Shown here piece after piece: positions 8,966 through 16,996 of a stretch of 64,000 nt of DNA. Both the position numbers and the translations under genes were made by a program. This DNA comes from Verrucomicrobiota bacterium. GTDB lineage: Bacteria > Verrucomicrobiota > Verrucomicrobiia > Limisphaerales > UBA9464. The DNA is taken from positions 4,350 to 68,349 of the forward strand of contig JAFLEF010000037.1 in the NCBI GenBank assembly GCA_017309115.1, written 5' to 3'. The notes below the pieces were generated by a model that saw only the letters and a list, made by a program, of their open reading frames with translations, had not been told where the DNA came from and did no database searches. Numbering within the stretch: the stretch's first letter is position 1; each line of letters opens with the position of its first letter.

Positions 8966-10546
8966 TCACCGCTCCAACCGGACCTCATGGATCGTTTCCG
9001 GCTGCGGGTCAGCCTGTTCGAAGTACTTCCTGAACTCTTTCGCGGCCGGCCCCGAACCCCGTAGCAACCGTTCCACGGACTCCGGCGGAACACTTTGATA
9101 CCACAAGGTCACCACCGCCTCGACCTTTCCAGACGCAGCGCCCAGATCCATTCGATACGTCACCGTATCGCTGCCACTGCCGGCTGCGTTGAAATTTGCG
9201 TCCCGTGCTGCAGCTCCGTGGATGGCGATGTTCGCCTCGTCCGGTCCACCCTTCCGAAACCCGAGGGGCGGCAGACGGTTGTCCTTGAGGTACCGCGTTG
9301 CGCGCAGCAATGAACGGGTCGGTTGTCCCGCCATGTCGCCCATGACCGCCTCGTAGATCTGCACCTGCTCCGGCCGGGTGATCAGATCCAGGTGCTCAGA
9401 ATGTCCGTCCCCTGCTCCGCGAATCCGGCCTCGCTCGTCGGTCGCCCCGGATTCGAACACCGTCTTCCCATTCGCGTCCTGAACGCGGACGTGGAGCCAG
9501 GCCCTCCGATACGGAAAGCCAGTGGGAAACTTGTGTCCGGCGAGGTTCTCTACCAGCACGGTCAGTTCGAGCTGCTGTCCTACGCGCTGACCTTGAACCG
9601 TAAGCGTCGCCGCCTTCTGCAACTGACGCCGGGTGTGGGCGATCGATTGATCGAAGTCCGCCGGACTGGCGTTGGCCTGAAGGGCCTCGGCGTTTTCCTT
9701 CAGCATCGTGAGCAGGAACGCATTTCCACCCACGAACTGGTGTCGCCAAAAAGGCGCCCGCGGCTCCAGCCAAGGAGGTCGCGTGCTCACCTGGGTCGGC
9801 TCATCGATGCGCGGCATGTGGCAGTCCTGACAGTGCTTGCCGCGTTCGGCGTACACGCTGTTGCGCCACTCCAGATAAGGAACCTGTTCGGGGAACTGAC
9901 CTGTGATCTCCCCCTTGGCATCGATAATGGGGGTGAACAGGGTGTGGCAGGTCGCGCACAACGCCGAGTCTTGCGTGTGCGCCCCAAACTTCGGCGTGTA
10001 GTTGACGTGATTCTGCATCGGCCGCGTGAAGACGTCGTCATACGGACCGAATATCTCCCGTGCCCGGCCGATCTCGAAGTTGCCCGTGAAGCTGGCGGCC
10101 TGACCCAGATTCTTTGGTTGGATCTGATGACACACCGTGCAACTGACCCCATCGCCCGCCAGCGGCAGGGTTTTCGCCTGAGCCAGGGAAAGTTCCTTGA
10201 GTCCGTCTTCGCGCGACTGAGTCCGAGCCATGGGCGCGTGACAGGTCAGACACTTGTTCTCGATGTATCCCTTGAGTTCTGGATGTTCTTCGACCTCCAC
10301 TTCGACCACCGCCCGCCACAGCGGATCCTTGAAAGAGTGGGACATCATGGTGGCCCGCCATTCCCCCACGAGGGATACCTTGGACCGCTCGGACGAATCG
10401 GCCGAGGGGTCGTGGCAAAAGGCACAGTTGGCCGAACCGCTGAAGAGCGTCGACGTGGCCTCGGTCAGTTCGGCTGCTGACGCCATCCCCCACCCGAATG
10501 CGATCAACCCGAGAAACCACCGACTTCCCAAGGCCCAGAGTTTCAT
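8966..10546 (-). CDS. Secreted pentaheme c-type cytochrome with a large non-heme C-terminal domain
   Basis: Signal peptide MKLWALGSRWFLGLIAFGWGMASA. Five CXXCH motifs: CAFCH, CLTCH, CTVCH, CATCH, CQDCH. The last ~250 aa carry no heme motif. Confidence 0.85.
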   Translation of the reverse strand: MKLWALGSRWFLGLIAFGWGMASAAELTEATSTLFSGSANCAFCHDPSADSSERSKVSLVGEWRATMMSHSFKDPLWRAVVEVEVEEHPELKGYIENKCLTCHAPMARTQSREDGLKELSLAQAKTLPLAGDGVSCTVCHQIQPKNLGQAASFTGNFEIGRAREIFGPYDDVFTRPMQNHVNYTPKFGAHTQDSALCATCHTLFTPIIDAKGEITGQFPEQVPYLEWRNSVYAERGKHCQDCHMPRIDEPTQVSTRPPWLEPRAPFWRHQFVGGNAFLLTMLKENAEALQANASPADFDQSIAHTRRQLQKAATLTVQGQRVGQQLELTVLVENLAGHKFPTGFPYRRAWLHVRVQDANGKTVFESGATDERGRIRGAGDGHSEHLDLITRPEQVQIYEAVMGDMAGQPTRSLLRATRYLKDNRLPPLGFRKGGPDEANIAIHGAAARDANFNAAGSGSDTVTYRMDLGAASGKVEAVVTLWYQSVPPESVERLLRGSGPAAKEFRKYFEQADPQPETIHEVRLER

Positions 10547-10714
10547 ACGCGTATCCCCGCAGTTCCGGGAGATCCCGCTCAGTGTTCACGTTTATTCAGG
10601 GAACCCCGGTCCTTGCTTGCACAGTTCGCCAAGTAGCAAAGATTGGCTCGCCCGTTCTTGCCGAGAACTCCTCGGGAATTGCGCCTGCCGGTCCGCGCGC
10701 ATCGCGGTGACATC

Positions 10715-10807
10715 GGTAGGGCGAGGTTCCACCGAGCCGTGCGCGTCTCGGCGAATTGGCGCGAGTGGACTTCCCACGGGAACGGCTCCGCAGAACTTCG
10801 CCCTACC
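10715..10807 (+). repeat. REP-like palindromic element (family GGTAGGGCGAGGTTCCACCGAGCCG...CGCCCTACC)
   Basis: The termini GGTAGGGCGA and TCGCCCTACC are inverted repeats. Internally, ggttccaccgagccgt pairs imperfectly with acggctccgcagaac. Related copies lie at 14489, 24737 (inverted), 42430, 52812 and 52983. Confidence 0.8.
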
Positions 10808-10851
10808 GAGGGAAGAACTGCCTTCAAACGGCACCCGCCCGTTCTGGTCTA

Positions 10852-11006
10852 CCCACAAACCAGTTGAGAGTTGAAAGTCGAGAGTTGAGAGAAAAGATCT
10901 GAATTCCAGCACGTTAGAAATGCCGATGGGTTTGTGGACACAATGCAGATCCGGTTCACCGGTTTTCGCTCCTCTCAACTCTCAGCTCTCAACTCAACTT
11001 TCAACT
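10852..11006 (+). repeat. MITE-like element with heptamer-array inverted arms (copy 1)
   Basis: The left arm cccacaaacc + (AGTTGAG/A)n and the right arm (CTCAACT)n flank a conserved ~85-bp core, ...gaattccagcacgttagaaatgccgatgggtttgtggacacaatgcagatccggttcaccggttttcgctcc. It is near-identical to the copies at 14611 and 24484 (inverted). Confidence 0.8.
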
Positions 11007-11011
11007 GCCGA

Positions 11012-11794
11012 CTATCCCCGCCGGCAGCGCAGACGGTGCCCACCCAAGAAGACCCCCATCACTCCCAATCCGAACAACGCCCAAACCGACGGTTCCGGCA
11101 CCGCTGTAACGCCCGCGAACTGGAAGTTTCCGACATCCTTCCCTTGGTCAGCCGGCGTTCCCAGTAGGAAATTCGCCACTTCGAAACTGACCACCATGTC
11201 TCCGGAAATGGTGAGCGTGTTCCCCGCAGTGCCGGTCGTCACATTCACCAAGTCAAACAACGTTCCGGCCGGGGCAATGTTGCCCACCAAATGCCAACCG
11301 CTGCCACCGACCAACAGCCGAGTAGCATCATACGCCAGCGTAAAGTCACCGAAGACCAGTTTCCCTCCGCCCAACAGCGGATTGACCGTCCACCGGGAAA
11401 TCCCGCCGAGTCCAATGACTCCCGTGTGGCTAGTAAGGTTGTCCGGCGAAAACTGGAAGGTCGTGGGCTTCGCCGTCCGACCTGCCAAGTTGGAGACCTG
11501 CGCGCCGTTTAGCGCATAGGTCAATCCTGTGTAGGAAGGCGAAGCTTGGACCTCGTCCGCGAGAATCTGCGCGCCGGTTCGCGATGCGGCCCCCGCCTGG
11601 TCGAAGGTCTCGTCGAGGGTAAGCGCTTCGAAGCCCGGCACACTCGCCCCGCCGGCGAGGCTATCCCAAGCCGCCTGATGAAAATCTATCGTGGCCTGAC
11701 CGGTCACCAAAACGTCCGCCCGGGCAGACGTAACGGCGATGGCGACCCACCAAGCGGTGGCCGCGACGGTTCGAAAACGGGGCAAAGACTTCAT
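11012..11794 (-). CDS. PEP-CTERM-anchored secreted protein (paralog A)
   Basis: Signal peptide MKSLPRFRTVAATAWWVAIAVTSARA. The C-terminus VPEPSVWALFGLGVMGVFLGGHRLRCRRG shows PEP motif + TM + basic tail. The body is paralogous to 11946..12845. Confidence 0.8.
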   Translation of the reverse strand: MKSLPRFRTVAATAWWVAIAVTSARADVLVTGQATIDFHQAAWDSLAGGASVPGFEALTLDETFDQAGAASRTGAQILADEVQASPSYTGLTYALNGAQVSNLAGRTAKPTTFQFSPDNLTSHTGVIGLGGISRWTVNPLLGGGKLVFGDFTLAYDATRLLVGGSGWHLVGNIAPAGTLFDLVNVTTGTAGNTLTISGDMVVSFEVANFLLGTPADQGKDVGNFQFAGVTAVPEPSVWALFGLGVMGVFLGGHRLRCRRG

Positions 11795-11945
11795 ACCAAT
11801 TAGGGCAGATCCGCGAGGACGGGCTCGTGTCGGAAGACTCAGTCTTTACGGATGAGGGTTTCTTCCATCAAGGACTCAGATCGATTCCCGGTGTGGCATT
11901 TTGCCGCAACGTGAATTCGGGCGGGGATCGGCATGTTCCCGAACC

Positions 11946-12845
11946 GTGAAGTCCCTTGCGCCGCTGCTGGCGTTCCTGTTTTCAGCCGGATCCCGGATCC
12001 ATGCCGCCTCGTTGTCCACGGGCACCGCGTTGATGGACTTCGATCGCACCGCCTGGGACGCCCTTGCGGCCGAGATTGGTTTGCCCACACCAGTGTTGAC
12101 TCTGGACTCATTCTTCGACGCCGACGGAGCGACTGCGAGAAACTACAATCAAATCCTGCGCGACCCCTCCACCAACGCCATTTACACGGGTCAGGTCTAT
12201 CGGATGAATGGCAGTACCGTGACCAATCTGGAAGGCCGCACCTCCCAGCCCACCACCTTCTTCTTCACTCCGGGAAATCCCAGTCAGCACACCGGGGCTA
12301 TTGGTCTGGCGGGAATCGCGCGGTTCGCGGTCAGCGGCGGAGGCTCCCTGCTGTATGGCGATTACACACTGCAGTACGATGCCGCCCGAATCGCCCGCGG
12401 CGGGACTGGCTGGTATCTGAAAGGCAACATTCCTCCGGTCGCCCCCGCCTTTGATCTCCTCCAAGTCGCGCTCGAGGAAACCGCGTCAACCCTCCGACTG
12501 ACCGGAGATCTGGCCGTCACCTTTGAACTGGCCCATTTTCTCTACAGCACTCCAGCCGATGCCCTCCGGGTGGTGGGCACCTTCGAATTCACTGCCGGGA
12601 TCGCCGGAGTCGCCACACCACCCGCGCTGCGCGAATTCCGGGTCGTCGACGGCTCGCTGATCTTGCTCGGGACCGGATCCCCGGGAGGATCCTACACTCT
12701 CGAGACGGCGACGAACCTGGAGTTGCCCGCCCTCTCCTGGAGCCCGGCGGTGACCGGCACCTTTGATGCGTTGGGGAATTCGTCGAACTCGCTACCGGTT
12801 CTGCCGGCCGACTCGGTTCGCTGGTTCCGACTGCAGCAGCCATGA
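11946..12845 (+). CDS. Secreted protein, paralog B of the PEP-CTERM protein, carrying a C-terminal FRL-type module instead
   Basis: ORF 11901..12845 (TTG). The GTG at 11946 gives VKSLAPLLAFLFSAGSRIHA, a signal peptide that parallels paralog A. Shared blocks include GRTSQPTTFFFTPGNPSQHTGAIGLAGI and GDYTLQYDAARIARGGTGWYLKGNI. The protein ends SVRWFRLQQP. Confidence 0.75.
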   Translation: MKSLAPLLAFLFSAGSRIHAASLSTGTALMDFDRTAWDALAAEIGLPTPVLTLDSFFDADGATARNYNQILRDPSTNAIYTGQVYRMNGSTVTNLEGRTSQPTTFFFTPGNPSQHTGAIGLAGIARFAVSGGGSLLYGDYTLQYDAARIARGGTGWYLKGNIPPVAPAFDLLQVALEETASTLRLTGDLAVTFELAHFLYSTPADALRVVGTFEFTAGIAGVATPPALREFRVVDGSLILLGTGSPGGSYTLETATNLELPALSWSPAVTGTFDALGNSSNSLPVLPADSVRWFRLQQP

Positions 12846-13600
12846 GGTGGAGTCGTTCCAATGCCAACCGACTGGCCTTCACGCTCGTCGAACTGTTGGT
12901 GGCCCTCGCCATCATCGCTGTGCTGGCTGCCTTGCTGCTGCCCGGGTTGGCGAGGGCGCGTCAGAACGCCCGCCGAATCGTGTGTTTGAACAATCTTCGT
13001 CAATTCGTGGTGGCCGATACGGTGTATGCCCACGACCACGGCGAACTGCCGGCGCCCAATGCCTTCGTTCCCAGCACGCTGAGCGTCCCTCGTCTGACAA
13101 CACTCGCGACCGAACTGCGAATGCCGATTCCCCCGGGTCCTGCCGGCACCTGGCCGAAACGTGCCGCCCAACCCAAGTGGATCAATTGCCCGCTCGCCGC
13201 AGAATCGGGTCTGGCCGAAGGTGTCGTGCTGGGGGGCGGACTCTACACGGGCTACGCCTACTACGGCGGTCTCGAGGAATCCTCAATGGTGACGAATGGT
13301 TTCGCCCGAGTGGTGAATCCGGGGCAGGCTGCCAATCGCTTGAACACGCGACGCGGTGTGCTCTGGACCGATGTTCTCGACGAATTCGCCACCAGTGATC
13401 CCCGCCGCTTCGAATTCTTCCACGTCCGACGTCGAGTCCAGTATCCCGATTTCCGCTTCCACGCCGAAGAACTCGAAGGAATTCATCGAGCCTGGTCCGA
13501 TGGATCCGTGGAATGGGTTCCCGGACGGCGGATCATGTTGACCGGGCCCACCAGTCCGGACTGCCGTCTTCAGCATCTGCTCGGAAATTACTACTTCTAA
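12842..13600 (+). CDS. Prepilin-type N-terminal cleavage/methylation domain protein (DUF1559-like pseudopilin)
   Basis: The N-terminus LAFTLVELLVALAIIAVLAALLLPGLARARQNARRIVCLNNLRQ is a class III signal/pseudopilin motif. ATGA overlap with the upstream gene. Confidence 0.85.
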   Translation: MRWSRSNANRLAFTLVELLVALAIIAVLAALLLPGLARARQNARRIVCLNNLRQFVVADTVYAHDHGELPAPNAFVPSTLSVPRLTTLATELRMPIPPGPAGTWPKRAAQPKWINCPLAAESGLAEGVVLGGGLYTGYAYYGGLEESSMVTNGFARVVNPGQAANRLNTRRGVLWTDVLDEFATSDPRRFEFFHVRRRVQYPDFRFHAEELEGIHRAWSDGSVEWVPGRRIMLTGPTSPDCRLQHLLGNYYF

Positions 13601-13620
13601 ATACCCGCTCATTCTCCCCC

Positions 13621-14484
13621 ATGAATCCTCCCGTCTCCACCCTCTCGCGCCGCGAACTCCTCCTTCAATTGTCCCTTCTTTCGGCTGCGAGCGGTCTGAG
13701 CGCCGCTTCCAGTCGGGCTGCCGAGACTGCCTCGAAGGACCATCTGCACGGTCCCCAGCCCCAACTCCGCATGGGATCAGAGAAGATCGCCATCCTAGTG
13801 TATCCGGAGTTCACGGCCCTGGATGCCATGGGGCCGCACTACCCACTCGCCGGCATGATGGGCGCCTCAGTGCAGTTTGTGGCCAAAACCCTCGACGTCG
13901 TCCCCGCCGAGGGAGCCAGTCGGGGTGGCTTCTGTGTTAAGCCGCAGCTGACCTTCGAAAGCTGTCCGGCGGATCTGGATCTGCTGCTCGTTCCGGGCGG
14001 GATCAAGGGAACGCTGGCCGCCATGCAGGACAAGGCAACCCTCGACTTTCTGGCAGACCGCGGAGCCAAAGCCAAGCGGGTGGGAAGTGTTTGCACCGGC
14101 TCCCTGGTGCTAGGCGCGGCCGGACTGTTGAAGGGCCGTCGCGCCACCAGCCACTGGCAGACGTTGTCACTCTTGCGCGACGTCGGAGCCACTCCGGTGG
14201 CCGAACGCTTCGTGTTCGACGGCGACACCTTGGTGACCGCCGCCGGAGTCAGCGCCGGACTGGATCTCGGGTTCGAACTGGTTCGCCGGTATCGGGGCGA
14301 CTTCTATGCGAAGGGGGTCCAACTGCTGGGCGAATACGATCCCCAGCCGCCCTTCCCGGGCGGGGGAAATCCGCGGACGGCCGATCCGTTGACCGTCAAG
14401 ATGCTGGACGAGATGCACGTCCCCCTTGTGGACATGTTTCGTCAGGCCTTGGAAGTGGCGAAGGCGGTAAGCGGTAAGCGGTAA
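13621..14484 (+). CDS. DJ-1/PfpI family protein with a Tat-like signal
   Basis: The ATG at 13621 gives MNPPVSTLSRRELLLQLSLLSAASGLSAASSRA (twin-arginine motif). The nucleophile-elbow region GSVCTGSLVLGAAGLLKGRRATSHW is typical of DJ-1/PfpI. Confidence 0.85.
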   Translation: MNPPVSTLSRRELLLQLSLLSAASGLSAASSRAAETASKDHLHGPQPQLRMGSEKIAILVYPEFTALDAMGPHYPLAGMMGASVQFVAKTLDVVPAEGASRGGFCVKPQLTFESCPADLDLLLVPGGIKGTLAAMQDKATLDFLADRGAKAKRVGSVCTGSLVLGAAGLLKGRRATSHWQTLSLLRDVGATPVAERFVFDGDTLVTAAGVSAGLDLGFELVRRYRGDFYAKGVQLLGEYDPQPPFPGGGNPRTADPLTVKMLDEMHVPLVDMFRQALEVAKAVSGKR

Positions 14485-14486
14485 GA
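14466..14486 (+). repeat. Heptamer microsatellite (GGTAAGC)x3 forming the last codons and the stop of the DJ-1 gene
   Basis: ggtaagc ggtaagc ggtaaga. The TAA stop at 14482..14484 lies inside the third unit, and the array abuts the REP-like element at 14489. The inverse array (CCTTACC/GCTTACC)x4 is at 35304..35331. Confidence 0.8.
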
Positions 14487-14488
14487 TT

Positions 14489-14568
14489 GGTAGGGCGAGC
14501 GGTGCGCCGCAGCGAATTGACGCCAGTGGACGCCACACGGGAACGGCTCCGCAGAGCGTCGCCCTACC
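14489..14568 (+). repeat. REP-like palindromic element (copy 2)
   Basis: GGTAGGGCGAGcggtgcgccgcagcgaattgacgcc...cacgggaacggctccgcagagcgTCGCCCTACC. Same termini and internal blocks as 10715..10807. Confidence 0.8.
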
Positions 14569-14610
14569 AGTGCGTCGCCTCACCGGTGCATCGCCCGGGT
14601 GGGTATTTTT

Positions 14611-14776
14611 CTCTCAACTACCCACAAACCAGTTGAGAGTTGAAAGTTGAGAGTTGAGAGAAAAGACCTGAATTCCCGCACGTTCGAAATGCCGATGGGT
14701 TTGTGGACACAATGCAGATCCGGTTCACCGGTTTTCGCTCCTCTCAACTCTCAACTCTCAACTTTCAACTCTCAAC
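14611..14776 (+). repeat. MITE-like element with heptamer-array inverted arms (copy 2, best preserved)
   Basis: A small hairpin, ctctcaact-acccacaaacc-agttgagag, comes first. Then follow (AGTTGAG/A)x4, the conserved core, and (CTCAACT/TTCAACT)x5. As at copy 1, it sits directly after a REP-like element. Confidence 0.85.
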
Positions 14777-14830
14777 GAGCTCGCCCCCTCCCGCCCCCGC
14801 GTCATAGGGTCCACGCCGCAGAACAATCGC

Positions 14831-15406
14831 ATGGCCCTCAAAGCAACCATCTACAAGGCGCAGATCCAGCTCTCGGATATCGACCGCAACGTTTACTCCG
14901 ACTACTCTGTCACCATTGCCCGACATCCTTCCGAGACGGATGAACGTCTGCTGGTACGCTTGCTGGCCTACACCCTCAACACACCCGCCAACGCCGATCA
15001 CGGCGAACTGGAATTCGCGAAGGATCTTTGGGAAGCCGATGAACCCAGCCTCTGGCAAAAGGACCACACCGGCCGGATTGCCCACTGGATTGAAGTCGGC
15101 CAACCCGACGAAAAGCGACTGCTGCGTGTGTCCTCCCGCGTGGATCGAGTCAGCGTCTACTGCTACAGCGCGAGCTCGCCGACTTGGTGGAAGAGCCTGG
15201 AAACCCGACTGACCCGCACCCGCAACCTGGCGATCTGGCAAATTCCTGCCCACCAAAGCCAGGCCCTCGCCGCCTTGGCCGGACTTTCGATGCAACTTCA
15301 GGTCACCGTGCAGGACGGAACCATCTGGATGGGCGACGGGACCCGCTCGGTGGAAGTGGATCTCCGCAGTCTCTGGAGTCCACCGGAGACCGAGGACCGC
15401 CGATAA
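14831..15406 (+). CDS. yaeQ: YaeQ family protein
   Basis: MALKATIYKAQIQLSDIDRNVYSDYSVTIARHPSETDERLLVRLLAYTLN closely matches the conserved YaeQ N-terminus (MALKATIYK...ARHPSET.ER). Confidence 0.9.
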   Translation: MALKATIYKAQIQLSDIDRNVYSDYSVTIARHPSETDERLLVRLLAYTLNTPANADHGELEFAKDLWEADEPSLWQKDHTGRIAHWIEVGQPDEKRLLRVSSRVDRVSVYCYSASSPTWWKSLETRLTRTRNLAIWQIPAHQSQALAALAGLSMQLQVTVQDGTIWMGDGTRSVEVDLRSLWSPPETEDRR

Positions 15407-15538
15407 TGCGCCCGAGTCCACCATCTTTGGAGGACCCGAAATCGAGCAGACGCCATTGAACACTTGAATGTGCGCCTCGGGCCAGCGTGTGATTCGCAAG
15501 GCCCGGACCCTCTCGCGTCCGCCCGCCAGTCCCGCTCC

Positions 15539-16666
15539 ATGCCGACCCCATCTTCACCCGCGCCGCCGTCCTCTCCCTCCTCATCCCGACTCATGTCCCT
15601 AGATGCCCTCCGCGGGTTTACCATGTTCTGGATTGTCGGTGCCGAGGAACTGGTTCGTGGACTTCAAAAGATTTCCAGTGGCGGGTTCATTGGACTGATC
15701 GCCGAACAGCTCCATCACAAGGCTTGGGAGGGATTCCACTTCGAGGATCTGATCTTCCCGATGTTCGTGTTTATCGCGGGGGTCTCGATCGTGTTCTCGC
15801 TGGGAAGAGTTCTGGAAAAGGCCGACCGACGGGCCGCCACGTGGCGCATCCTGCGACGAGCGGCGCTCCTTTATTTCCTGGGCATTCTCTACTACGGCGG
15901 CTTCTCCACTCCCTTCCAAGAAATCCGGTTGCTGGGTGTCCTCCAACGCATCGCCCTCAGTTACCTCTTCGCGGCCCTGCTCTTTCTCTATCTGAAACCC
16001 AAAGCCCTGCTGGGCGTGCTGGTGGGATTGCTCCTAGGTTACTGGGCCCTGTTGGCGCTCGTTCCGGTGCCCGGTCACGGCGCCGGCAACTACGCTGAAG
16101 GCGCCAATCTCGCGAACTACGTCGATCAACAATACCTGCCGCTGCGGAAACACGACGGCGACCACGATCCCGAGGGCTTGCTCAGCACGCTGCCCGCCAT
16201 TGCCAGCTGTCTGCTCGGGGTCTTCGCCGGCTTGGCGTTGAGGAATCCGTTGAGCAATGACCGCCAACGAGTGGGGCAACTGGTGGTGGCCGGCTTGGTC
16301 TGTCTGGCGCTCGGCTGGGCTTGGAATCCGTTCTTCCCGGTCATCAAGAAAATCTGGACCTCGTCCTTCGTCCTGGTGGCCGGAGGCTACAGCTGCCTGT
16401 TCCTGGCGGCGTTCTACCAGGTGATTGATGTCTGGAAGATCCAGCGGTGGGCCATGCCGTTCGTGTGGATTGGTGTCAATCCGATCCTGATCTACTTCGG
16501 CGGCAAATTCATCGACTTCGAGGCCATGGCCAAGCTGTTCGTGGGCGGCCCGGTATTCGTGGCGTTGGGTCGTTACGGGGAACTCGTGTTGGCCCTGACC
16601 ACGCTGGCATTCGGCTTCTGGTTCATGCGCTTCCTCTATCAGCGCAAAATCTTCCTCCGAGTTTGA
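15539..16666 (+). CDS. Polytopic membrane acyltransferase-like protein (DUF5009 / heparan-alpha-glucosaminide N-acetyltransferase-like)
   Basis: ATG at 15539. The motif RLMSLDALRGFTMFWIVGAEE is followed by ~10 hydrophobic segments. The family assignment is from memory of the R..SLD.(F/L)RG motif. Confidence 0.6.
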   Translation: MPTPSSPAPPSSPSSSRLMSLDALRGFTMFWIVGAEELVRGLQKISSGGFIGLIAEQLHHKAWEGFHFEDLIFPMFVFIAGVSIVFSLGRVLEKADRRAATWRILRRAALLYFLGILYYGGFSTPFQEIRLLGVLQRIALSYLFAALLFLYLKPKALLGVLVGLLLGYWALLALVPVPGHGAGNYAEGANLANYVDQQYLPLRKHDGDHDPEGLLSTLPAIASCLLGVFAGLALRNPLSNDRQRVGQLVVAGLVCLALGWAWNPFFPVIKKIWTSSFVLVAGGYSCLFLAAFYQVIDVWKIQRWAMPFVWIGVNPILIYFGGKFIDFEAMAKLFVGGPVFVALGRYGELVLALTTLAFGFWFMRFLYQRKIFLRV

Positions 16667-16945
16667 AACAGTACCGAATCAGCGATTTTGCCAAGCCGAC
16701 CAACTTGGACGAAGTCGCCAACTGGGTCCCCAGTTCAATCAGTTCAACCCGAGACTAAATCGCGCGCTAGCCGGGCGACGCCGGCCAAGGTGCCGATTTC
16801 GGACCGTCACCTGATCCGGACTTGGACCAATCGGTACGAATCGGGACCGTAAACACGTGGCGGCACCCCTCCGAGGAAGTCGCCCGAGACGGCCAGCGGA
16901 CGAGCGTGAATTTCCGTTCAGGGTCCGTCCCACCTCTGACGCACG

Positions 16946-16982
16946 AAAAAGCCGGTGCCCGGGCGAACCTCAGGCACCGGCT
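16946..16982 (-). terminator. Rho-independent terminator of the CHRD/PEP-CTERM gene
   Basis: Stem gccggtgcc (16951..16959) pairs with ggcaccggc (16973..16981). The A-run 16946..16950 on the plus strand becomes a U-tail on the minus strand. The hairpin lies 15 nt after the stop at 16997. Confidence 0.7.
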
Positions 16983-16996
16983 CGAAGCGAAGCGCC

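Noticed and set aside
10920-11006. An apparently conserved peptide, MPMGLWTQCRSGSPVFAPLN..., starting at an ATG inside every MITE-like element (also at 14688.. and in the inverted copy at 24484..24632)
   Set aside because: The conservation is at the nucleotide level and extends equally into the non-coding flanks. Downstream of the element the three reading frames continue into unrelated sequence of different lengths. It may still be worth a ribosome-profiling look, but I do not call it a gene.
14631-14776. Heptamer arrays (AGTTGAG)n / (CTCAACT)n, considered as a possible CRISPR-like or tandem-repeat locus
   Set aside because: The units are 7 bp with no spacers. They form the inverted arms of a dispersed element. 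No cas genes are present and no repeat-spacer periodicity of 25-40 bp exists anywhere in the window.
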